Shown piece by piece: positions 51,850 through 64,000 of a DNA stretch of 64,000 nt. The notes beneath the pieces are model-generated. The model did no database searches and was not told the DNA's origin. It was given only the letters and a program-made list of their open reading frames with translations. The stretch is from the human T2T-CHM13v2.0 reference genome, Homo sapiens. Each line of letters begins with the position of its first letter. Within the stretch, counting starts at the first letter, position 1. The position numbers and the translations under genes are program-made. Location: the NCBI RefSeq assembly GCF_009914755.1, contig NC_060933.1; one strand, given 5' to 3'.

Positions 51850-54800
51850 AATGGAATGGAATGGAATGGAATCAACGCGAGTACAGGGGAATGGAATTTA
51901 ATGGAATGCAATGGAATGGAATCTTCCGGAATGGAATGGAATGGAATGGAATCAACCCGAGTGCAATGGAATGGAGAGGAATGGAATGGAATGGAATGGA
52001 ACAACCCGAATGGAATCGAATGTAATGGAGAGTAAGGGAGTTGAATAGAATCAATCCGAATGTAATGGAATGGAATGGAACGGAATGGAATTGAATGGTA
52101 TCGAATGGAATGCAATGGAATGGAATCAACCCGAGTGCAATGGAATGGAGAGGAATGGAATGGAATGGAATGGAAACTACCCGAATGGAATGGAATGTAA
52201 TGGAGTGTAAGGGAATTGAATAGAATCAATCCGAATGTAATGGAATGGAATGGAACGGAATGGAATGGAATGGAATGGAATGGAATGCAATGGAATGGAA
52301 TCAAACCGAGTGCAATCGAATGGAATCGAATGGAATGGAATGCAATGGAATGGATTCAACTTGAATGGAATGGAAAGAATGGAATCAACACGAGTGGAAT
52401 GGCATGGATTGGAATGGAATAGAATGGAATCAACCCGAGTACAGGGGAATGGAATGGAATGGAATGCAATGGAATGGAATCATCCGTAATGGAAAGGAAA
52501 GGAATGGAATGGAATGGAATGGAATGGAATGGAATGGAATGGAATGGAATCAACTCGATTGGAATGGAATGGAATGGAATGGAATGGAATTAACCCGAAT
52601 GGAATGGAATGGAATGGAATGGAATGGAAAGAAAAGGAAGGGAATGGAATGGAATAGAATGGAATGGAATGGAAACAACGCGAGTGCAGGGGAATGGAAT
52701 GGAATGGAATGCAATGGAATGGAATCTTCCGGAATGGAATGGAATGGAATGGAATGGAATGGAATGGAATCAACCCGAGTGCAATGGAATGGAGTGGAAT
52801 GGAATGGAATGCAATGGAACAACCCGAATGGAATGGAATGTAATGGAGAGTAAGGGAGTTGAATAGAATGAATCCGAATGTAATGGAATGGAATGGAACG
52901 GAATGGAATTGAATGGAATGGAATGGAATGGAATGGAATGGAATGATACGGAATAGAATGGAATGGAACGAAATGGAATGGAATGGAATGGAATGGAAGG
53001 GAATTGAATGGAATGGAATGATACGGAATAGAATGGAATGGAACGAAATGGAATGGAATGGAATGGAATGGAATGGAATGGAATGGAATGGAATCGTTCC
53101 GAGTGGAATAGGAGGGAATGTATTCGAGTGGAATGGAAAGGAATGGAATCAACCAGAGTGGAATTGAAGGGAATGGAATGGAATGGAAACTAATAGAATG
53201 GAATCAACCCGAGAGGAATGGAATGGAAAAGACTGGAATGGAATGGAATGGAATGGAATCAACTCGATTGTAATGGAATGGAATGGAATGGAATGGAATT
53301 AACCCGAATAGAATGGAATGGAATGGAATGGAATGGAATGGACCGAAAAGGAAGGGAATGGAATGGAATAGAATGGAATGGAATGGAATCAACGCGAGTG
53401 CAGGGGAATGGAATGGAATGGAATGGAATGGAATGGAATGGAATGGAATGGAATCAACCCGAGTGCAATGGAATGGAGTGGAATGGAATGGAATGGAATG
53501 GAACAACCCGAATGGAATGGAATGTAATGGAGAGTAAGGGAGTTGAATAGAATGAATCCGAATGTAATGGAATGGAAAGGAACGGAACGGAACGGAATGG
53601 AATGGAATGGAATGGAATGGAATGGAATCAACTCGAGTGCAGGGGAATGGATTGGAATGGAATGCAATGGAATGGAATCTTCCGGAATGGAATGGAATGG
53701 AATGGAATGGAATGAAATGCAATGGGTTCAACTCGATTGCAATGGAATGGAATAGAATGGAATGCAATGGAATGGAATGGAACTAATTCGAATAGAATGG
53801 AATGGAATGTAATGGAACGGAATGGAACGGAATGGAATGGAATGGAATGGTATGGAACAGAATGGAATGGTACGGAATAGAATGGAATGGAACGAATAGT
53901 AATGGAATGGAATTGAATGGAATGGAATGGAATGGAATGGAATCAACGCGAGTGCAGGGGAATGTAATGGAACGGAATGCAATGGAATGGAATCATCCGC
54001 AATGGAATGGAATGGAATGGAATGGAATGGAATGGAATGGAATCAACCCGAGTGCAATGGAATGGAGTGGAATGGAATGGAATGGAATGGAATGGAATGG
54101 AATGGAATCGTTCCGAGGGGAATAGGAGGGAATGTATTCGAGTGGAATGGAAAGGAATGGAATCATCCAGAGTGGAATGGACGGGAATGGAATGGAATGG
54201 AAACTAATAGAATGGAATCAACCCGAGTGGAATGGAATGGAAGGGACTGGAATGGAATGGAATGGAATGGAATCAACTCGATTGCAATGGAATGGAATGG
54301 AATGGAATGGAATGGAATTAACCCGAATACAATGGAATGGAATGGAATGGAACGGAATGGAGTGGAATGGAATGGAATCAACCCGAGTGCAGGGGAATGG
54401 AATGGAATGGAATGCAATGGAATGGAATCCTGCGGAATGGAATGGAATGGAATGGAATGCAAAGCAATGGAATCAACTCGATTGCAATGGAATGGAATGG
54501 AATGGAAAGGAATACATTGGAATCAACCCGACTGGAATGGAATGGAAAGGACTGGAATGGAGTGGAATGGAATGGAATGGAATGGAATGGAATCAACTCG
54601 ATTGGAATGGAATGGAATGGAATGGAATGGAATGGAATGGAATGGAATGGAATTAACCCGAATAGAATGGAATGGAATGGAATGGAACGGAACGGAATGG
54701 AATGGAATGGAATGGAATGGAATGGAATGGAATGGAAACAACCCGACAGCAGGGGAATGCAATGGAATGGAATGCAATGGAATGGATTCTACTTGAATGG

Positions 54801-57800
54801 AATGGAAAGAATGGAATCAACACGAGTGGAATGGCATGGATTGGAATGGAATGGAATGGAATCAACCCGAGTACAGGGGAATGGAATGGAATGGAATGCA
54901 ATGGAATGGAATCATCCGTAATGGAATGGAAAGGAATGGAATGGAATGGAATGGAATCAACTCGATTGCAATTGAACGGAATGGAATGGAATTAACCCGA
55001 ATAGAATGGAATGGAATGTAATGGAACGGAACGAAACGGAATGGAATGGATTGGAATGGAACGGAATGGAATGGAATGGAACGGAAAGGAATGGAATGGA
55101 ATGGAATGGAATGGAATGGAATGGAATGGAATCAACGCAAGTGCAGGGGAATGGAATGGAATGGAATGGAATGGAAAGAACCCGACAGCAGGGGAATGGA
55201 ATGGAATGGAATGGAAACAACCTGACTGCAGGGGAATGGAATGGAATGGAATGCAAAGGAATGGATTCAACTTGAATGAAATGGAAAGAATGGAATCAAC
55301 ACGAGTGGAATGGCATGGATTGGAATGGAATGGAATGGAATCAACCCGAGTACAGAGGAATGGAATGGAATGGAATGCAATGGAATGGAATCATCCGTAA
55401 TGGAATGGAAAGGAATGGAATGGAATGGAATGGAATGGAATCAACTCGATTGCAATCGAACGGAATGGAATGGAATTAACCCGAATAGAATAGAATGGAA
55501 TGGAATGGAACGGAACGGAACGGAATGGAATGGATTGGAATGGAATGGAATGGAATGGAATGGAACGGAAAGGAATGGAATGGAATGGAATGGAATGGAA
55601 TCAACGCGAGTGCAGGGGAATGGAATGGAATGGAATGCAATGGAATGGAATCTTCCGGAATGGAATGGAATGGAATGGAATGGAATGGAATAAACCCGAG
55701 TGCAATGGAATGGAGTGGAATGGAATGGAATGGAATGGAACAACACGAATGGAATGTAATGTAATGGAGAGTAAGGGAGTTGAATAGAATCAATCCGAAT
55801 GTAATGGAATGGAATGGAACGGAATGGAATGGAATGGAATGGAATGGAATGGAATGGAATGGAATCAACCCGAGTGCAATGGAATGGAGAGGAATGGAAT
55901 GGAATGGAATGGAAACTACAGGAATGGAATGGAATGTAATGGAGTCTAAGGGAATTGAATAGAATCAATCCGAATGTAATGGAATGGAATGGAACGGAAT
56001 GGAATGGAATGGAATGGAATGGAATGCAGTGGAATGGAATCAACCCGAGTGCAATCGAATGGAATCGAATGGAATGGAATGCAATGGAATGGATTCAACT
56101 TGAATGGAATGCAAAGAATGGAATCAACACGAGTGGAATGGCATGGATGGGAATGTAATGGAATGGAATCAACCCGAGTACAGCGAAATGGAATGGAATG
56201 GAATGCAATGGAATGGAATCATCCGTAATGGAATGGAAAGGAATGGAATGGAATGGAATGGAATGGAATGGAATCAACTCGATTGCAATCGAATGGAATG
56301 GAGTGGAATTAACCCGAATAGAATGGAATGGAATGGAATGGAACGGAACGGAACGGAATGGAATGGAATGGAATGGAATGGAACGGAAAGGAAGGGAATG
56401 GAATGGAATAGAATGGAATGGAATGGAATCAACGCGAGTGCAGGGGAATGGAATGGAATGGAATGGAATGGAATGGAATGGAATGGAATGGAATGGAATC
56501 AACCCGAGTGCAATGGAATGGAGTGGAATGGAATGGAATGGAATGGAACAACCCGAAAGGAATGGAATGTAATGGAGAGTAAGGGAGTTGAATAGAATCA
56601 ATCCGAATGTAATGGAATGGAACGGAATGGAATGGAATGGAATGGAATGCAATGGAATGGAATCAACCCGAGTACAATGGAACGGAATGGAATGGAATGG
56701 AATGGAATGGAATGGAATGGAATGGAATGGAATGGAATGGAATGGAATCAACCCGAGTGCAATGGAATGGAGAGGAATGGAATGGAATGGAATGGAAACT
56801 ACCCGAATGGAATGGAATGTAATGGAGCGTAAGGGAATTGAATAGAATCAATCCGAATGGAATGGAATGGAATGGAACGGAATGTAATGGAATGGAATGA
56901 AATGGAATCAACCCGAGTGCAGGCGAATGGAATGAAATGGAATGCAATGTAATGGAATCATCCGGAATGGAATGGAATGGAATGCAATGGAATGGAATGG
57001 AATGGAATCAACCCGACTGCAATGGAATGGAGTGAAATGGAATGGAATGGAATGGAAACAACCAGAATGGATTGGAATATATTGGAGTGTAAGGGAATTG
57101 AATAGAATCAATCTGAATGTAATGAAATGGAATGGAACGGAATGGAATGGAATGGAATGCAATACAATGGAATGGTATCAACCCGAGTGCAATCGAATGG
57201 AATCGAATGGAATGGAAAGCAATTGAATGGATTCAACTTGAATGGAAAGGAAAGAATGGAATCAACACGAGTGGAATGGCATGGATTGGAATGGAATGGA
57301 ATGGAATCAACCCGAGTACAGGGGAATGGAATGGAATGGAATGCAATAGAATGGAATCATCAGTAATGGAATTGAAAGGAATGGAAAGGACTGGAATGGA
57401 ATGGAATGTAATGGAATGGAATGGAATCAACTCGATTGCAATCGAATGGTATGGAATGGAATGGAATCAACTCGATTGCAATCGAATGGAATGGAATGGA
57501 ATTAACCCGAATAGAATGGAATGGAATGGTATGGAACGGAACGGAATGGAATGGAATGGAATGGAACGGAAAGGAATGGAATGGAATGGAATGGAATGGA
57601 ATGGAATGGAATGGAATCAACGCGCGTGCAGGGGAATGGAATGGAATCGAATGGAATGGAAAGGAATGGAATGGAATCAACCCGAGTGCAGGGGAATGTA
57701 ATGGAACGGAATGCAATGGAATGGAATCATCCGGAATGGAATGGAATGGAATCAACCCGAGTGCAATGGAATGGAGTGGAATGGAATGGAATGGAATGGA

Positions 57801-60800
57801 ACAACCCGAATGGAATGGAATGTAATGGAGAGTAAGGGAGTTGAAAAGAATCAATCCGAATGTAATGGAATGGAATGGAACGGAATGGAATGGAATGGAA
57901 TGGAATGCAATGGAATGGAATCAACCCGAGTACAATGGAATGGAATGGAATGGAATGGAATGGAATGGAATGGAATGGAATGGAATGCAATGGAATGGAA
58001 TCTTCCGGAATGGAATGGAATGGAATGGAATGGAATGCAATGGATTCAACTCGATTGCAATGGAATGGAATAGAATGGAATGGAATGGAATGGAATGGAA
58101 TGGAATTAAACCGAATAGAATGGAATGCAATGGAATGGAACGGAACAGAACGGAAAGGAACGGAACGGAGTGGAATGGAATGGAATGGAATTGTATGGAA
58201 TGGAATGGAATGGTACGGAATAGAATGGAATGGAAAGAATTGGAATGGAATGGAATCGAATGGAATGGAATGGAATGGAATGGAATGAACCCGAGTGCAA
58301 GGGAATGTAATGGAACGGAATGCAATGGAATGGAATCATCCGGAATGGAATGGAATAGAATGGAATGGAATGGAATGGAATGGAATGGAATGGAATGGAA
58401 TCAACCCGAGCGCAATGGAATGGAGTGGAATGGAATGGAATGGAATGGAACAACCCGAATGGAATGGAATGGAATGGAGAGTAAGGGAGTTGAATAGAAT
58501 CAATCCGAATGTAATGGAATGGAACGGAATGGAATGGAATGGAATGGAATGGAATGGAATGGAATGCAATGGAATGGAATCAACCCGAGTACAAAGGAAC
58601 GGAATGGAATGAAATGTAATGGAATGGAATGGAATGGAATGGAATGGAATGGAATCAACCCGAGTGCAATGGAATGGAGAGGAATGGAATGGAATGGAAT
58701 GCAATGGAATGGAATCATCCGGAATGGAATGGAATGCAATGGAATGCAAACCAATGGAATCAACTCGATTACAATGGAATGGAATGGAATGGAAAGGAAT
58801 ACATTGGAATCAACCCGAGTGGAATGGAATTGAAAGGACTGGAATGGAGTGGAATGGAATGGAATGGAATGGAATGGAATGGAATCAACTCGATTGCAAT
58901 GGAATGGAATGGAATGGAATGGAATGGAATGGAATGGAATCAACCCGAGTTCAATGGAATGGAGAGGAATGGAATGGAATGGAATGGAAACTACCCGAAT
59001 GGAATGGAATGTAATGGAGTCTAAGGGAATTGAATAGAATCAATCCGAATGTAATGGAATGGAATGGAACGGAACGGAATGGAATGGAATGGAATGGAAT
59101 GGAATGGAATGCAGTGGAATGGAATCAACCCGACTGCAATCGAATGGAATCGAATGGAATGGAATGCAATGGAATGGATTCAACTTGAATGGAATGGAAA
59201 GAATGGAATCAACACGAGTGGAATGGCATGGATTGGAATGTAATGGAATGGAATCAACCCGAGTACAGCGGAATGGAATGGAATGGAATGCAATGGAATG
59301 GAATCATCCATAATGGAATGGAAAGGAATGGAATGGAATGGAATGGAATGGAATGGAATCAACTCGATTGCAATCGAATGGAATGGAGTGCAATTAACCC
59401 GAATAGAATGGAATGGAATGGAATGGAACGGAACGGAACGGAATGGAATGGAATGGAATGGAATGGAACGGAAAGGAAGGGAATGGAATGGAATAGAATG
59501 GAATGGAATGGAATCAACGCGAGTGCAGGGGAATGGAATGGAATGGAATGCAATGGAATGGAATCTTCCGGAATGGAATGGAATGGAATGGAATGGAATT
59601 GAATGGAATCAACCCGATTGCAATGGAATGGAGTGGAATGGAATGGAATGGAATGGAACAACCCGAATGGAATGGAATGTAATGGAGAGTAAGGGAGTTG
59701 AATAGAATCAATCCGAATGTAATGGAATGGAATGGAACGGAATGGAATTGAATGGAATGGAATGGAATGCAATGGAATGGAATCAACCCGAGTGCAATGG
59801 AATGGAGAGGAATGGAATGGAATGCAATGGAAACTACCCGAATGGAATGTAATGGAGTGTAAGGGAATTGAATAGAATCAATCCGAATGTAATGGAATGG
59901 AATGGAACGGAATGGAATGGAATGGAATGGAATGCAATGGAATGGAATCAACCTGAGTGCAATCAAATGGAATCGAATGGAATGGAATGCAATGGAATGG
60001 ATTCAACTTGAATGGAATGGAAAGAATGGAATCAACACGAGTGGAATGGCATGGATTGGAATGGAATGGAATGGAATCAACCCGAGTACATGGGAATGGA
60101 ATGGAATGGAATGCAATGGAATGGAATAAACCGTAATGGAATGGAAAGGAATGGAATGGAATGGAATGGAATGGAATGGAATGGAATGGAATCAACTCGA
60201 TTGCAATCGAATGGAATGGAATGGAATTAACCCGAATAGAATGGAATGGAACGGAATGGAATGGAATGGAATGGAATGGAATGCAACGGAACGGAATGGA
60301 ATGGAATGGAATGGAATGGAATCCACGCGAGTGCAGGGGAATGGAATGGAATGGAATGCAATGGAATGGAATCTTCCGGAATGGAATGGAATGGAATGGA
60401 ATGAAATGCAATGGATTCAACTCGATTGCAATGGAATGGAATAGAATGGAATGGAATAGAATGGAATTAATCCGAATAGAATGGAATGGAATGCAATGGA
60501 ACGGAATGGAACGGAATGGAATGGAATGGAATAGAATGGAATTGTATGGAATGGAATGGAATGGTACGGAATAGAATGGAATGGAACGAATTGTAATGGA
60601 ATGGAATTGAATGGAATGGAATGGAATGGAATGGAATGGAATGGAATCAACGCGAGTGCAGGGGAATGTAATGGAAAGGAATGCAATGGAATGGAATCAT
60701 CCGGAATGGATTGGAATGGAATGGAATGGAATGGAATCAACCCGAGTGCAATGGAATGGAATGGAATGGAATGGAACAACCAGAATGGAATGGAATGTAA

Positions 60801-63800
60801 TGGAGAGTAAGGGAGTTGAATAGAATCAATCCGAAAGTAATGGAATGGAATGCAACGGAATGGAATGGAATGGAATGGAATGGAATGCAATGGAATTGAA
60901 TCAACACGAGTACAATGGAATGGAATGGAATGGAATGGAATGGAATGGAATGATACGGAATAGAATGGAATGGAACGAAATGGAATCGAATGGAATGGAA
61001 TGGAATGGAATGGAATGGAATGGAATGGAATCAACCCGAGTGCAGGGGAATGGAATGGAATGGAATGCAATGGAATGGAATCATCCGGATTGGAATGGAA
61101 TGGAATGGAATGCAAAGCAATGGAATCAACTCGATTGCAATGGAATGGAATGGAATGGAAAGGAATACATTGGAATCAACCCGAGTGGAATGGAATGGAA
61201 AGGACTGGAATGGAGTGGAATGGAATGGAATGGAATGGAATGCAATCAACTCGATTGGAATGGAATGGAATGCAATGGAATGGAATTAACCCGAATAGAA
61301 TGGAATGGAATGGAATGGAACGGAACGGAATGGAATGGAATGGAATGGAATGGAATGGAATGGAATGGAATGGAATCAACCCGACTGCAGGGGAATGGAA
61401 TGGAATGGAAGGCAATGGAATGGAATCATCCGGAATGGAATGGAATGGAATGCAATGGAATGGAATGGAATGGAATCAACCCGAGTGCAATGGAATGGAG
61501 TGAAATGGAATGGAATGGAATGGACACAACCAGAATGGATTGGAATATAATGGAGTGTAAGGGAATTGAATAGAATCAATCTGAATGTAATGAAATGGAA
61601 TGGAACGGAATGGAATGGAATGGAATGGAATGGAATGGAATGGAATGCAATGGAATGGAATCAACCCGAGTGCAATCGAATGGAATCGAATGGAATGGAA
61701 TGCAATGGAATGGATTCAAATTGAATGGAATGGAAAGAATGGAATCAACACGAGTGGAATGGCATGGATTGGAATGGAATGGAATGGAATCAACCCGAGT
61801 ATAGGGGAATGGAATGGAATGGAATGCAATGGAATGGAATCATCCGTAATGGAATGGAAAGGAATGGAATGGAATGGAATGGAATGGAATGGAATCAACT
61901 CGATTGCAATCGAAAGGAATGGAATGGAATTAACCCGAATAGAATGGAATGGAATGGAATGGAACGGAACGGAATGGAATGGAATGGAATGGAATGGAAT
62001 GGAGTGGAAGGGAAAGGAAGGGAAAGGAATGGAATAGAATGGAATGGAATGGAATCAACGCGAGTGCATGGGAATGGAATGGAATGGAATGCAATGGAAT
62101 GGAATCTTCCGGAATGGAATGGAATGGAATGGAATGGAATGGAATGGAATGGAATGGAATCAACCAGAGTGCAATGGAATGGAGTGGAATGGAATGGAAT
62201 GGAATGGAACAACCCGAATGGAATGGAATGTAATGCAGAGTAAGGGAGTTGAATAGAATCAATCTGAATGTAATGGAATGGAATGCAACGGAATGGAATT
62301 GAATGGAATGGAATGGAATGCAATGGAATGGAATCAACCCGAGTGCAATGGAATGGAGAGGAATGGAATGGAATGGAATGGAAACTACCCGAATGGAATG
62401 GAATGTAATGGAGTGTAAGGGAATTGAATAGAATCAATCCGAATGTAATGGAATGGAATGGAACGGAATGGAATGGAATGGAATGGAATGGAATGGAATG
62501 GAATGCAATGGAATGGAATCAACCCGAGTGCAATCGAATGGAATCGAATGGAATGGAATGCAATGGAATGGATTCAAATTGAATGGAATGGAAAGAATGG
62601 AATCAACACGAGTGGAATGGCATGGATTGGAATGGAATGGAATGGAATCAACCCGAGTACAGGGGAATGGAATGGAATGGAATGCAATGGAATGGAATCA
62701 TCCGTAATGGAATGGAAAGGAATGGAATGGAATGGAATGGAATGGAATCAACTCGATTGCAATCGAATGGAATGGAATGCAATTAACCCGAATAGACTGG
62801 AATGGAATGGAATGGAACGGAACGGAATGGAATGGAATGGAATGGAATGGAATGGAACGGAAAGGAAGGGAATGGAATGGAATAGAATGGAATGGAATGG
62901 AATCAACGCGAGTGCAGGGGAATGGAATGGAATGGAATGCAATGGAATGGAATCTTCCGGAATGGAATGGAATGGAATGGAATGAAATGCAATGGATTCA
63001 ACTCGATTGCAAAGGAATGGAATAGAATGGAATGGAATAGAATGGAATTAATCCGAATAGAATGGAATGGAATGCAATGGAACGGAATGGAACGGAATGG
63101 AATGAAATGGAATAGAATGGAATTGTATGGAATGGAATGGAATGCTACGGAATAGAATGGAATGGAACGAATTGTAATGGAATGGAATTGAATGGAATGG
63201 AGTGGAATGGAATGGAATGGAATCAACGCGAGTGCAGGGGAATGTAATGGAAAGGAATGCAATGGAATGGAATCATCCGGAATGGATTGGAATGGAATGG
63301 AATGGAATGGAATCAACCCGAGTGCAATGGAATGGAATGGAATGGAATGGAACAAACAGAATGGAATGGAATGTAATGGAGAGTAAGGGAGTTGAATAGA
63401 ATCAATCCGAAAGTAATGGAATGGAATGCAACGGAATGGAATGGAATGGAATGGAATGGAATGCAATGGAATTGAATCAACACGAGTACAATGGAATGGA
63501 ATGGAATGGAATGGAATGGAATGGAATGATACGGAATAGAATGGAATGGAACGAAATGGAATCGAATGGAATGGAATGGAATGGAATGGAATGGAATGGA
63601 ATGGAATCAACCCGAGTGCAGGGGAATGGAATGGAATGGAATGCAATGGAATGGAATCATCCGGAATGGAATGGAATGGAATGGAATGCAAAGCAATGGA
63701 ATCAACTCGATTGCAATGGAATGGAATGGAATGGAAAGGAATACATTGGAATCAACCCGAGTGGAATGGAATGGAAAGGACTGGAATGGAGTGGAATGGA

Positions 63801-64000
63801 ATGGAATGGAATGGAATGGAATCAACTCGATTGGAATGGAATGGAATGGAATGGAATGGAATTAACCCGAATAGAATGGAATGGAATGGAATGGAACGGA
63901 ACGGAATGGAATGGAATGGAATGGAATGGAATGGAATGGAATGGAATGGAATCAACCCGACTGCAGGGGAATGGAATGGAATGGAAGGCAATGGAATGGA
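51850..64000 (+). repeat. Type A HSat3 variant domain, right flank
   Basis: Return of ATCAACGCGAG (51871), GAATCTTCCGGAA (51919), GGAGAGTAAGGGAGTTG (~52027) and AATCGTTCCGAGTGG (~53092). Confidence 0.87.
59050..64000 (+). repeat. Tandem duplication, period ~2.54-2.58 kb, running off the window end
   Basis: ORF pairs at offset 2576: 60990/63566, 61031/63607, 61176/63752. Shared AATCCGAAAGTAATGG and AATTGAATCAACACGAGTACAA. The left limit is approximate and similarity is lower there. Confidence 0.82.

Larger units (their letters stand above)
26260..51850. repeat. Type B HSat3 variant domain spanning junction 2
   Basis: Different module set (G-strand reading): AATCAAACCTAGTGC, GAATACAATCAATCCG, AATGAACCCGTG(T/A)GC, CCCGAGTGGAATGGCATGGAAT, AATTAACGCGAATAG, AATCAATCAACCCG, AATCCACCCG. 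The type A modules GAGAGTAAGGGAGTT, AAAGAATGGAATCAACACG and TCTTCCGG were not seen here. Confidence 0.82.
1..64000. repeat. Satellite 3 (HSat3 / Sat III) pericentromeric array, (GGAAT)n with CAACCCGA(G/A)T decamers
   Basis: Continuous GGAAT/ATTCC pentamers end to end. Recurrent GGAATCAACCCGAGT (e.g. 54-68), GGAATCAACTCGATT and GGAATTAACCCGAAT modules match the classical Sat III definition. The CATTCGATTC-dominated pattern of HSat2 is only sporadic. No unique-sequence interruption seen. Confidence 0.97.
43803..64000 (+). repeat. HSat3 block 3, GGAAT orientation (type B to ~51850, then type A)
   Basis: G-rich strand resumes at GAATGGAATGGAATGGAAACAACCCG (43803) and continues to the window end. 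Confidence 0.95.

Noticed and set aside
540-63420. CRISPR-like appearance of the recurring ~40-bp module GTAATGGAG(A/T)GTAAGGGA(G/A)TTGAATAGAATCAATCCG
   Set aside because: The intervals are hundreds of bases to kilobases of pentamer repeat, not unique ~30-40 bp spacers. There is no leader or cas gene, and the context is eukaryotic satellite.
1-64000. Hundreds of ORFs up to ~390 aa (MEWNG... and HSIPF... repeats)
   Set aside because: (GGAAT)3 and its complement contain no stop codon in any frame, so long overlapping ORFs on both strands are expected. The translations are low complexity with no recognisable domain. They were used only as alignment markers.
1-64000. Transposon (Alu, L1, LTR), alpha satellite/CENP-B box, telomeric repeat or RNA gene
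   Set aside because: No stretch departs from pentamer-derived sequence; no poly(A) tail, target-site duplication, 171-bp monomer or TTAGGG run was seen.
1-64000. Assignment to a specific chromosome or HSat3 subfamily (e.g. chr9q12 or acrocentric arrays)
   Set aside because: This requires subfamily-specific k-mer comparison or mapping that I cannot run. Decamer content and inversions are suggestive but not diagnostic, and a great-ape origin is not excluded.

Overview
The whole 64 kb window is primate (most likely human) pericentromeric Satellite 3 (HSat3/Sat III): a (GGAAT/ATTCC)n pentamer array interspersed with the diagnostic CAACCCGA(G/A)T decamer and a limited vocabulary of longer variant modules. 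I see no protein-coding gene, RNA gene, transposon or CRISPR array; every listed ORF is a translation of the pentamer (MEWNG / HSIPF). The internal architecture is the interesting part. (1) Two sharp strand switches at ~7588 and ~43802 bound a ~36.2 kb block of opposite orientation. (2) A distinct sequence variant (my label: type B, ~26.3-51.85 kb) is embedded in another (type A) and straddles the second switch; its two boundaries fall at homologous modules. (3) There are several recent kb-scale duplications (offsets ~1.28, ~2.43, ~2.57, ~3.85, ~4.3 and ~5.2 kb). (4) A perfect three-unit heat-shock element, GAAtcTTCcgGAA, occurs about 22 times by my count in type A, and I found none in type B. 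All alignments and counts were made by eye or from identical ORF-track translations, so boundaries are approximate. I cannot assign the chromosome or subfamily from sequence alone, and I find no support for a new coding system.
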